A stretch of DNA of 64,000 nt from Selaginella moellendorffii (taxonomy: Eukaryota > Plantae > Lycopodiophyta), in assembly GCF_000143415.4 (NCBI RefSeq), contig NW_003314383.1, positions 124,001-188,000 of the forward strand, written 5' to 3'. The stretch's first letter is position 1; each line of letters starts with the position of its first letter. Positions 1 through 8,849 of this stretch are shown in pieces. The translations under genes and the position numbers were made by a program. The notes under the pieces are model-generated. The model worked only from the letters and a program-made list of their open reading frames with translations. It was not told where the DNA came from and did not search any database.

Positions 1-43
1 CCGTAATTCAATCCGGAGCTAGAATAGAGCTACTCTTTCTTAC

Positions 44-154
44 CTCCCGGGAGACACGATCGAGCTTCTTGGGCACCGTCTCCTTGGGCGCCCGGACGCG
101 CTTGTCGCCCACAGGCCCTCCCTTGGGCAGCCCAAGGATGTCCTTGGCGTCCAT
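44..154 (-). CDS. SWC4: First exon of SWR1-complex protein 4 / DMAP1 homolog (gene continues off the window edge)
   Basis: Minus strand reads MDAKDILGLPKGGPVGDKRVRAPKETVPKKLDRVSRE followed by a GTAAG donor at 43. This matches the conserved plant SWC4 N-terminus (DAKDILGLPK...PDGISREV). Confidence 0.85.
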
Positions 155-218
155 TTCCCCCCTGCCCTAAAATCCTCTAGAGATTCTCTTGGTAATGTGA
201 TGGAATCTTTTTTAAATT

Positions 219-2255
219 TCAAAAACGCTTCCTCTTGCTCGCAAAGAGCTGCTCTCTGCGAAACCAGACGTAGAGGCCGATTCCAGCGATGGCCAAAACG
301 AAGACAAGCCAGCTCCAGGGGAAAGGCGCGTCCTTGAAACATACTATCGCTGCCTCGAGGTGTGAGGAAGCCTCGAAGGCGAGATGGTGAGCGCCGTAGA
401 GGTCGTGCTCGGCGGATTTGAGGAAGAAGAGAGCCAAATTGAAATCGAAGTGAGACATGGCCGATGTTGCCTTGTTGAGCTTGTAGAGTAGTAAGTTCCA
501 TCTCTGGTTCATCTCGGTCCCCTGTCTGCTCTTGAGCACAGCCTTCTCGCCTCCCAGTCCCTTCAACGTTTCCAGCATCTCAATGGCTCCCCACACCGTC
601 GTGTTGAGCATCGTGTGCAGGACGTTGCGAGGAGCTGCGTCTCTCTGCGCGAATGACAGCGACGAGAGCTTCGAAAACGGACCAAACGGCGTGTTCCCCA
701 GGCTCCAAGTGTAGTCTAGAAACGTCGAGTTGTGCTCGCTGCTCCAGGTGAGGTACGTCGGTGTCACGCCCCACAGAGTTTGAAGCAGCGACGCGACGAG
801 TGGACGCTCGAGCCTTCTCGTCTCCACCATCATGGGACGATGGTTGCAATTGAACTCGGACACCGTCTGGTATCCTTTGCTCCGGATGGCGATTATCATG
901 TCCCTGAAAGCCATCGACTGATGGTCGCGGTCCAGCATGACGATCCTGTCGCTCTTGAGATCAAAGACGTAGACTGGAACTATCCGAGCCATGAAGTTGT
1001 TCGAGCTGCCGCTGGAACCGGCCATCTTCTCTAGCTCCACTTGGTTCTCAGCCAGCAAGTAGTGCAGCTGCTTCGAGTCTATGTAATCGTTGACAAAGAG
1101 GCTGTAGCGATCGATGAGAACTCGTGAGGTGTAGCTCTTGGTGGAGCGGGCGAGGAGCGCCGAACACAGAGCGCATTCGTCCATATCTATCGTAAACCTC
1201 TTGAAGACGAGAGACTGGCCGTGAAAGAGCAGACCCTCCGAGGCCTCCTTCTTGAACGTCTCCTCGATCTCCTCCCACTTTATCTGCTCCGAGTCGCCGC
1301 CATCGCCATGCTTGAAGTGAAAGAAATGCACCTCCAACTCACGATCGTAGTAGACTGGAATCCTCATCGCGGGAGCTAGCAGCATCTGCGAGGCACTCCA
1401 GACGAGCGCCGCTAGATCAGCCAGCAGCGCCTTTTGAGCCGGGCTCTCGTGAAAAGCCGCCGCGTATGGATAGAGCTCGCTGCGCAGCACCAGACCCTCT
1501 CCGGAGAGAGCCGGGCCATACTCGATCGGACCGGCAGCGAGATCGATCCACACGTAGCGCTCCCGGCCCATCCAAAGATTCCCCAGGCACTTGGTGAAGG
1601 CCGAGTGGAGCTCGTCGCCGTCTCCCGGCTGGTAGTCGTATCCGTACGACCGAGCCTGGCGCTTGAGGTTGAGGATGTAGATGACGTACGACGCCAGCGG
1701 CTTGGCGAGGTCCGCCCGTACCAGCTCGTCCACCACAGTGTACGGCACCGGGGTGTAATAGACGCTCGAGAGTGACGAGGGGCGATCGACAGTGCCTTGG
1801 ATCGCCCGAAACATGGAATCGGCGAGATTGCTGCTGCCACTGTCCCTCACCACATCGATCTCGATCTTGGATCTCACGTTTAGCCTGTGATTGCTAGTCC
1901 CACCCGTGCCGATCACATGGACGTGCTCGTTCTTGTTGAGGATCTCCAGGTAGCGCCCCAGCTGCTGCTCCAGCTGATGCTTCTGATCGCTCGAGAAACC
2001 CACCAGCTTCACCGTCACTGACGTTGTGGACTGGAGCGAGAGGATTGAGTGGAGCTTGTAGTCCAGGTCGTGGCGCGGGGTGGAGAGGAAGTGCTTGAGG
2101 CCGGGGCGCAGGAGCTCGAATGTGTCGTTGCCGGCCAGGGGATCCGCCTTGAATTCCTGCGCCAAGACCGTGTCGAGCCCGTAGGATGACGCGTCGGAGC
2201 CGGTGGCAGCGATCGACGCAAGCAGCAGCGCAAGAATGCCGGCGAATCCATCCAT
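219..2255 (-). CDS. Conserved uncharacterised plant type-I membrane protein (signal peptide, large lumenal domain, C-terminal TM and basic tail), intronless
   Basis: 678-aa ORF with a hydrophobic N-terminus (MDGFAGILALLLASIAA), the motif WMGRERYVWIDLAAGPIEYGP, and a C-terminal TM followed by RREQLFASKRKRF. Confidence 0.85.
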   Translation of the reverse strand: MDGFAGILALLLASIAATGSDASSYGLDTVLAQEFKADPLAGNDTFELLRPGLKHFLSTPRHDLDYKLHSILSLQSTTSVTVKLVGFSSDQKHQLEQQLGRYLEILNKNEHVHVIGTGGTSNHRLNVRSKIEIDVVRDSGSSNLADSMFRAIQGTVDRPSSLSSVYYTPVPYTVVDELVRADLAKPLASYVIYILNLKRQARSYGYDYQPGDGDELHSAFTKCLGNLWMGRERYVWIDLAAGPIEYGPALSGEGLVLRSELYPYAAAFHESPAQKALLADLAALVWSASQMLLAPAMRIPVYYDRELEVHFFHFKHGDGGDSEQIKWEEIEETFKKEASEGLLFHGQSLVFKRFTIDMDECALCSALLARSTKSYTSRVLIDRYSLFVNDYIDSKQLHYLLAENQVELEKMAGSSGSSNNFMARIVPVYVFDLKSDRIVMLDRDHQSMAFRDMIIAIRSKGYQTVSEFNCNHRPMMVETRRLERPLVASLLQTLWGVTPTYLTWSSEHNSTFLDYTWSLGNTPFGPFSKLSSLSFAQRDAAPRNVLHTMLNTTVWGAIEMLETLKGLGGEKAVLKSRQGTEMNQRWNLLLYKLNKATSAMSHFDFNLALFFLKSAEHDLYGAHHLAFEASSHLEAAIVCFKDAPFPWSWLVFVLAIAGIGLYVWFRREQLFASKRKRF

Positions 2256-2409
2256 ATTTCCTGTTCTTACCCGGAATCAAGCTAAAGCCCTAGACGCCAT
2301 AGCTGCCAGTTCTAGAACCCTAGAACTAGTCCGTTTTATGCCCGTTTGATCGATCAGGTAAGGCTCGTCGCCATGGTAAGCTTCTCCGTACGACCGGGCC
2401 TCTCTTCGC

Positions 2410-3090
2410 TCAAGACTCACTACCGGCATGCTCCGCCGTTTCCAAGTCATGGAAGAGTCCATCCTCTCCTTTCGCCGCCGCTGGCCAAAACCGTGGCGAC
2501 AAGGAATGCTTGCGGGTTATGACAAGCTCCCTCTTGCTCGGCGACCGCTGCCTCGCTGGGGATCTATCACGGCCGAACCACCAGGAGTTTGCGTTGCCTT
2601 ACACCGAAACCGTTTAGCGCTCTCCCCGAGCTCCCGTTCTCGCCAGCCTACGTCAAGACGAGGAAGCAGCGGAATTTATAGCTTACGAACAAAGCTTTCC
2701 TCCTCGAGCTGTATTTCCAGACTTGGACGGCTACTTCTACGATCTCACCATCCTGGGATTTTACGACTTCGGCCGTGCCAGGTGGAGTCCCTGTGCGGCC
2801 CCCGCAGCCTGAAGATCAAGGTTGAACAAGGTGGAGAGAGCCTGCGCTGCGTTTTGCCGCGCCAGGGTGACAAGGGTGACTTAGTTACAGTCTCCGCAGG
2901 GCTTCATAACGCCATACTTGAGGAAGTGTACCCTGGGCAGCCGGATTTCCGACACATTTTTTGTTGCAATACCGCTGGACACCTTTTCGGAGTCAGGGAT
3001 CGTGTTTGTTTACAACTTCAGCACAGGGCAGTGGGGTGGAGTGGATGGAAACAGATGAGTTAGCTAAGGCAGTCTTTATCGGCCGTCCTC
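2410..3090 (+). pseudogene. Deleted and frameshifted tandem copy of the F-box gene at 3334-4569
   Basis: Collinear near-identical blocks, e.g. gctccgccgtttccaagtcatggaag vs 3433, cctcgagctgtatttccagacttggacg vs 4006, cacagggcagtggggtggagtgga vs 4485. The blocks are separated by large deletions and frameshifts. Confidence 0.85.
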
Positions 3091-3333
3091 TGGATTCAGA
3101 GAACGTTTCGCGGTCGCAGCGATCTACAGCCAAACAAAACGTGGAGAAGCTTACAATCGCATATTGCGCTGTGCAAGAAGAGCGGCGAGATCTGTGGGGG
3201 GATTACTTCCCATCACTTCACGGTGCTTTGCTTGTGCAGTTTGCCAAAGGTTTAAGGAACATCCCATTCTTGATTCTCGCCTTTCTTCCCTTTGCAGCAA
3301 TATAAGGCGCAGCACTTTTAGGCATTCCTCGGA

Positions 3334-4569
3334 ATGAAGCAGGCCAAGCAGACGCCTGTATCGGTTCTGCTCGCTCAAGATGACATTTTGGAGTTGGTTC
3401 TCAGCTCTGTGGACCTGGCCTCACTGCCGGCACGCTCCGCCGTTTGCAAGTCATGGAAGTCCATCCTCGGCAATCCCTCTTTCCGCCGCCGCTGGTGCCA
3501 AAACAGTGGCGACAAGGAATCCTTGCGGGTTATGACTAGCTCCTTCTGCAGCCACCGTTGCCTCGCCTGGGATCCATCACAGCCGAACCACGAGGAGTTG
3601 GCGTTGCCCTACTCACCACAACCCTTTCCTCATACGCTAGTCGTTGCTTCCGCGGGTGGCCTGGTATTCATCTTGAGGTCGCCCAAACCCGACCTGGATC
3701 CCACTAGCGATTTGTTTCACCTGGTGGTGGGCAATCCCGTCACCCAAGAGTGGATGGAACTGTCACCGCTCCACTGGAAGGACAGAGAAAGACACACTCA
3801 TGTGGGAGCGCTCGACTTTGCCATGTTTGTCTACAATAATGGCTTCAAAGTCGGCCTGTACTACACCGCCCCCAACACCTCGGGCCACTGGTGCTGCATC
3901 TACGACTCGGCAACACGCGCGTCTTCTCTCCCCAAGCTCCCGTTCTCCCGATCCTACGTCAAGGCGAGGGAGCAGCGGAATGTAGCTTACGAACAAAGCT
4001 TTCGTCCTCGAGCTGTATTTCCAGACTTGGACGAGTACTTCTATGACCTCACCATCCTGGGATTTTACGACTTCGGCCGCGCCAGGTGGAGCACCGGTGC
4101 GGCCGTCCGCAGCCTGAGGATCACAACGGGCCACGAAGACAAGGTTGAAGAAGGTGGAGCGAGTCTGCGCTGCGTTTTGCCGCTCCCAGGTACATGCACG
4201 ACGAGGCTGTGGGAGCACAATGGCCAGCGCTACTTTGCAAGCGGTTGGATGTATGCGGGAGGTGACCGGGAGGAAGGGGACTGCGGAGTTGATGGCTATG
4301 GCGTGTGGAAAGTCGATGAGAATGGTGGCTTGGTTCCAGTGTCTGCAGTTCTCCATGACGCAATACTTGAAGAAGTGTATCCTGGGCGGCGGAATCTTGG
4401 ATACATTTTCCGTTGCAAGACCGCTGCAGAGGGGAACCTCGTCACTTTTTCGGAGACAGGGATCGTATTTGTTTACTACTTGAGCACAGGGCAGTGGGGT
4501 GGAGTGGACCGAAACCCAGAGGATTTAGCCAAGGCAGTGCTTTATCGGCCGTCGCTTAGGACACTTTAG
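3334..4569 (+). CDS. F-box protein (lineage-expanded, F-box plus beta-propeller-like C-terminus)
   Basis: 411-aa intronless ORF with an F-box signature (LAQDDILELVLSSVDLASLPARSAVCKSWKSIL) and VVGNPVTQEW. Confidence 0.85.
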   Translation: MKQAKQTPVSVLLAQDDILELVLSSVDLASLPARSAVCKSWKSILGNPSFRRRWCQNSGDKESLRVMTSSFCSHRCLAWDPSQPNHEELALPYSPQPFPHTLVVASAGGLVFILRSPKPDLDPTSDLFHLVVGNPVTQEWMELSPLHWKDRERHTHVGALDFAMFVYNNGFKVGLYYTAPNTSGHWCCIYDSATRASSLPKLPFSRSYVKAREQRNVAYEQSFRPRAVFPDLDEYFYDLTILGFYDFGRARWSTGAAVRSLRITTGHEDKVEEGGASLRCVLPLPGTCTTRLWEHNGQRYFASGWMYAGGDREEGDCGVDGYGVWKVDENGGLVPVSAVLHDAILEEVYPGRRNLGYIFRCKTAAEGNLVTFSETGIVFVYYLSTGQWGGVDRNPEDLAKAVLYRPSLRTL

Positions 4570-4637
4570 TTTTTAAACAACACGAGTTACTCAACTTTAC
4601 ATCAATGTTACTTCTAAAAGCCCTATAGAACCCTAGA

Positions 4638-5090
4638 ATGGCGACGATGCTCAAGGTCCGTGATCTCCGCCCCTCGGTGGGAAACAACATCAACACGACC
4701 TTCATCATCCTGGAGAAGTACAACGCCTCGCGCAGCGACGGCGGCATTCTCATGTGCATCGCGCTCGTCGCCGATTCCACCGCCAGCGTCCACCTCCAGA
4801 TGTGGGGCGCCGAGTGCGACGCCTTCCAGCCCAGCGACATCGTCCGCCTCACCAACGGCATCTTCTCCTTCCACAAGGCCAATCTGGTGCTCCGCGCCGG
4901 GAAGAAGGGCCTGCTCGAAAAGATTGGCGAGTTCTCCATGGTCTTCGTGGAGATCCCAAACATGAGCACCATGCAATGGGTCCAAGACCCCACCAATCCC
5001 AAAGGCTGGATTCCTCTCACTCACTCTTCGCCGGCGCCCACCGGACCGATGCTCGCTGGTGCCGCTTCCTCAAATCCGGGAAGACACTAG
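4638..5090 (+). CDS. SOSS complex subunit B homolog (OB-fold ssDNA-binding protein, NABP/hSSB-like)
   Basis: VRDLRPSVGNNINTTFIILEK...VADSTASVHLQMWGAECDAFQPSDIVRLTNG...KIGEFSMVFVEIPNMS is the SOSS-B pattern. Confidence 0.9.
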   Translation: MATMLKVRDLRPSVGNNINTTFIILEKYNASRSDGGILMCIALVADSTASVHLQMWGAECDAFQPSDIVRLTNGIFSFHKANLVLRAGKKGLLEKIGEFSMVFVEIPNMSTMQWVQDPTNPKGWIPLTHSSPAPTGPMLAGAASSNPGRH

Positions 5091-5173
5091 ATAGAACTTT
5101 AGATGCTAGAACCAAAGAAAAAAGGTAGAAGAAAAAAGAAAGAACAAGGTGTTCTCTGGATCCAGACGAAGAA

Positions 5174-7015
5174 TTAAATGTAGCTCAAGTCTGGACTGAC
5201 CTCTATTGCCTCCACTTCTTCAATCATCTGCACGACTTGGATCATCTTGGGCCTCTCCTCGGCTGCTCGAGTTACGCAGGCCATGGCGACTTTGAGCAGC
5301 CCGTTCATCTGTTCTTGCTTGGAAACCTCGATGGCGTTGTCAAACACTGCCGACGTCCACTCGTCGTTCACGGTTGCTATCGCCCAGCTCGGAAGATCCA
5401 TCTTCGATGAGTTCCCAGCCTGGTCTCCACCGCTAGATTCTTCTTCCGCCGGGAGCTTTCCAGTGAGCAGCTCTAGCAGGATGACCCCGAAGCTGAAGAC
5501 GTCTGCCTTTCTTGATATGTCCGAGGCAGTCTGGCACTCGGGAGCTCTGTAGCCGTTCTTCTCCAGCGCTTGATCGCTAGGAACGAAGGGTAACAGGCCA
5601 AAGTCGGAAACTCGAGCCTCGTACCTCTCGGTGAGAAGAACATTGGACGACTTGATGTTGCCATGCGGGAGCTTGCACTGGTGGTGCAGGAACTTTAAAC
5701 ATCTTGCAACGCCTAGAGAGATCTTGAGGCGTTTGGACCACGAAAGCCTGGACGGAGTTCCCGGACTGTTACCTGGTAACAATGTCACTTGGCTTTAGAA
5801 AGATACTTGCGAGATTCACTTACCATGCAAGACGTTGTGCAAGCTTCTCTTTGGCATGTAGTCGTATACCAGCAGCTTCTCGATCCTGGCATAAAAATAA
5901 AAAGCTCTCAGCCGCAGGAGATTCGTATGCGTCATTCGGCCGACAATTCCCATTCTCCTCTCGAACACCTTCTTGCTGCATCCCGTCCGGTCCACTAGCC
6001 TCTTCACTGCTACGAAGCCTCCAGTACAGAGGGCTTTGTAAGTGCTCCCGAGGCTTCCCTTGCCAAGCAGCTCTGCAGAAGCTTGGAGGAGGTCCGCGAG
6101 CTGAAACTTGCCAGCATCCCTTGTGACAAAGACAATGTCGCCGGATGCCATCTCTTTCTTCTCGGTTCCTGTTGTTGCTGTGTCGGACTTATCAACGTCT
6201 TTGGACGATGCACGGAGGTATCTGTAGCCGAAAAATAAGGCCGAAAAACTGAGGACAAACGCACCGATGACCGCAACGGCAATGATGACAATAATCTGCT
6301 GAGAAGGTTTTTGCGTCCTGGACTTTGGAGGACAAGGAGCGAAGCTCGGGGGTCCACAGAGAGCTGAGTTCCCAACGTATGCTGTCGGATATCTACTTGC
6401 CATAGCGCTGGGAACAGGACCGCTCAAGTTGTTCCAGGAAACATTGAAGTCTGTCAAGTTTGGTATGTTGGACACGTCGGGAACTCCGCCAGTCAGGGAA
6501 TTCATCTCTAGACGCAATGTGAGCAGCTTCCGCAAACCACCTATCGCTGCTGGGATAGATCCACTCAGATGATTGTTGGAGACGTCCACCCTGTCGAGAT
6601 CTTGCAGCGTGAGAAGAGCTTCCGGAATCGATCCTTCAAGTCGATTGGAGTTGAGATACAGCTTCTGTAATCTCCTACACCTGGATAAGTCCGATGGAAT
6701 TCTGCCCGTCAAGTTATTTCCCTTCAAGCTTAGAACTTTCAACTCCGTCAACTGGCCTAAACCGTTCTCTAAAACACCTGGAAACCTGCGGTTCTCAAGC
6801 CTGAGTTTAACTACGCGATTATCTGAGTTGCAGATTACACCATCCCAGTTGTCAGTACAGGGATTATTGCCCGTCCAACTCGATCCGAGAGTCTGCTTTA
6901 AATCTGCCTTCTCTTTAAAACTCAAAAGAGCCTCCCTATCCGAGTCTAGATCAGAGCATCCCATAGAGACCAGAAGGAACACTACCACCGCTATTAACTC
7001 TTCGTTTAGGCCCAT
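5174..7015 (-). CDS. LRR receptor-like kinase, LRR-III class (atypical HGN kinase); 2 exons, intron 5773-5823
   Basis: Signal peptide, LRRNT (WTGNNPCTDNWDGVIC), 5 LRRs, TM, FQLADLLQASAELLGKGSLGSTYKA, HGNIKSSNV, DVFSFGVILLELLTGK. A 51-nt GT-AG intron joins the two ORFs in frame. Confidence 0.95.
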
Positions 7016-7403
7016 CCTCTTCCGCCTCTACCAGGCCAAACCTCCTCCGACCAGGTCTAGCAGATAAAGAAGCCTTGATTAATGCTTCATTGCCTTGGGC
7101 GCTCCATGGACGTGGTTGGCACCAGGGATAGCGACTAAATTTGCAGCTGGACATAGGAAGCTGGACATAAGAAGTATCACTTGGTTTGCCAGGAATCTGT
7201 AGAACAAAGTAGGATTAAACGCGTCAAAATAAAAGCATAAGTGATCACCTGAACAAAGCAATTCTTTGAGCTCAATCTGCAAGCCCCTGACCTGCAATGG
7301 GAGAGAAGGAAAGCACGTCAAAAACCAAGAAAACATAACGGAGACTAAAAACGCTAAGCGGAAGCCAGAAGAAAAGAAAGGGATACCATCTAGCTTCAGA
7401 CAC

Positions 7404-8723
7404 TCATTCCCTCGGATGGTAAAACCGTTGCTGAGAAAAATAGACTGCAAAAGCTACACCGGTCACCAGAAAACCAGCGGCGACAGCAACCTTGAGCCAG
7501 TCCGGAATTGTGTCCGGAAGTTCATATCGACTACTATGCTCCTGCCAATACTTGAGCAACTTGATAGATAAACGTACCTTTTCACTGATGCTGTCCAAGC
7601 CGTTCGGAAAGAGTTCATCCTCCGGTCGTGTCAATTCAGCAACCTCCTTCTCGACCTCTGGGGGTGATTGTTCCTGGATCTGGCTAAAGCTCATCTTTCG
7701 TAATGCGTCAGCAACCACAAGCTGGGGGAGACTCGGCCTCGACATGAGCTTCATCTTGTCGGATTCCTGTTGATCGATAGACCCTGTAAAAGTTCCTAAG
7801 CGCCTGTGGCAGCTCTCATACGCCCCCATCACTGTCTCCATCTGTGAACTAAATACTGTTATTTCTGTCTCACTGTCTTTAAACGAAAGCTGGCTCGGCA
7901 GCGATGCGTCCTGGACCTGGTGCTTCATCAGCTCACTAGTCTCGTCGCTCTTCTTTTCCGCCAGAGGGGAGCTGCCAATGGCTTTTTCCTCGTGCCAACA
8001 GTGAGGAACAGTGTCCCAAGAGTCCGAGAAGGACGCATCACTGTCGACGTCTAGCCGAGAGTAAATCTTGCTAGCACGTAAATGGTGCCATCTTTCCAAA
8101 AGGTCCTGTTGCAGGAACCCAGAACAGAGACTGCTGTCCCCAGAAGATCCGTCACAAGTGCCGCTGATATCTGTAGTCGACTCACTGTCTGGATCGTCAG
8201 ATATCCATTCCAGTGAAGCTCGTCCCGGCCTTGGTACTTTCTTCTCCTTGTGCAAAATGGTAGCAACCTTTGGTAAGGCTTCGACTGTCAAGAGCGCTCG
8301 GGGCTTCGACTTGCGGCGGTCTTTCACGTCTCCCTTGACAGTGGGTCCGATTCCAAAACATCCATCCAAGTCGCGAGAGGCTTTCTTCCGGAGAATATCG
8401 GGGGAACAAGACGGCTGTGCTGGAGGAGCGATGTGATTCCCAGCAGTGCCGCTCGACCTGGGAGGAGAAACCTGGACTGGATCTGGCTGCTTCGCTGCTG
8501 CTGCGATCACCCGAGATTGAGCCACGGTAGCCTCGAGCCACTTGAGACACGGCGCCACATCCACGGCAGTGCCCGCATTGTCAGCTCCTGATCTGGGAGA
8601 TTTGTTGCAAGGCTTGCGCTCTCCGAGAGGACGGCGGAGGAGATTCGAGGAGCAGTGCCGAAGCTGGAGATTAGTACCTGGAGGACGCCGATTCTCCTTT
8701 GCGGGCTCGCCGTGCCGACGCAT
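7404..8723 (-). CDS. Uncharacterised low-complexity protein with N-terminal KEN/D-box-like motifs and a C-terminal TM segment
   Basis: Long ORF with first ATG at 8723 (MRRHGEPAKENRRPP), a Ser-rich body and a hydrophobic tail (WLKVAVAAGFLVTGVAFAVYF). The 3' exon structure is uncertain. Confidence 0.6.
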   Translation of the reverse strand: MRRHGEPAKENRRPPGTNLQLRHCSSNLLRRPLGERKPCNKSPRSGADNAGTAVDVAPCLKWLEATVAQSRVIAAAAKQPDPVQVSPPRSSGTAGNHIAPPAQPSCSPDILRKKASRDLDGCFGIGPTVKGDVKDRRKSKPRALLTVEALPKVATILHKEKKVPRPGRASLEWISDDPDSESTTDISGTCDGSSGDSSLCSGFLQQDLLERWHHLRASKIYSRLDVDSDASFSDSWDTVPHCWHEEKAIGSSPLAEKKSDETSELMKHQVQDASLPSQLSFKDSETEITVFSSQMETVMGAYESCHRRLGTFTGSIDQQESDKMKLMSRPSLPQLVVADALRKMSFSQIQEQSPPEVEKEVAELTRPEDELFPNGLDSISEKVRLSIKLLKYWQEHSSRYELPDTIPDWLKVAVAAGFLVTGVAFAVYFSQQRFYHPRE

Positions 8724-8849
8724 CTTCTCCAGCTCCAAAAACCCTAGCGCTTGGTCTGACTCCAAAATCTAGAGCTTGGAGGGAAAAATACAAACCTCAC
8801 GGAAGATGCGTTGCTCACGGAAGATGCTGACGACACCGGAATATTCTCC

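Noticed and set aside
40-2280. Multiple alternative-frame and antisense ORFs over the 678-aa gene (likewise over the PPR and RH35)
   Set aside because: These are expected shadows of GC-rich coding sequence and carry no recognisable motifs.
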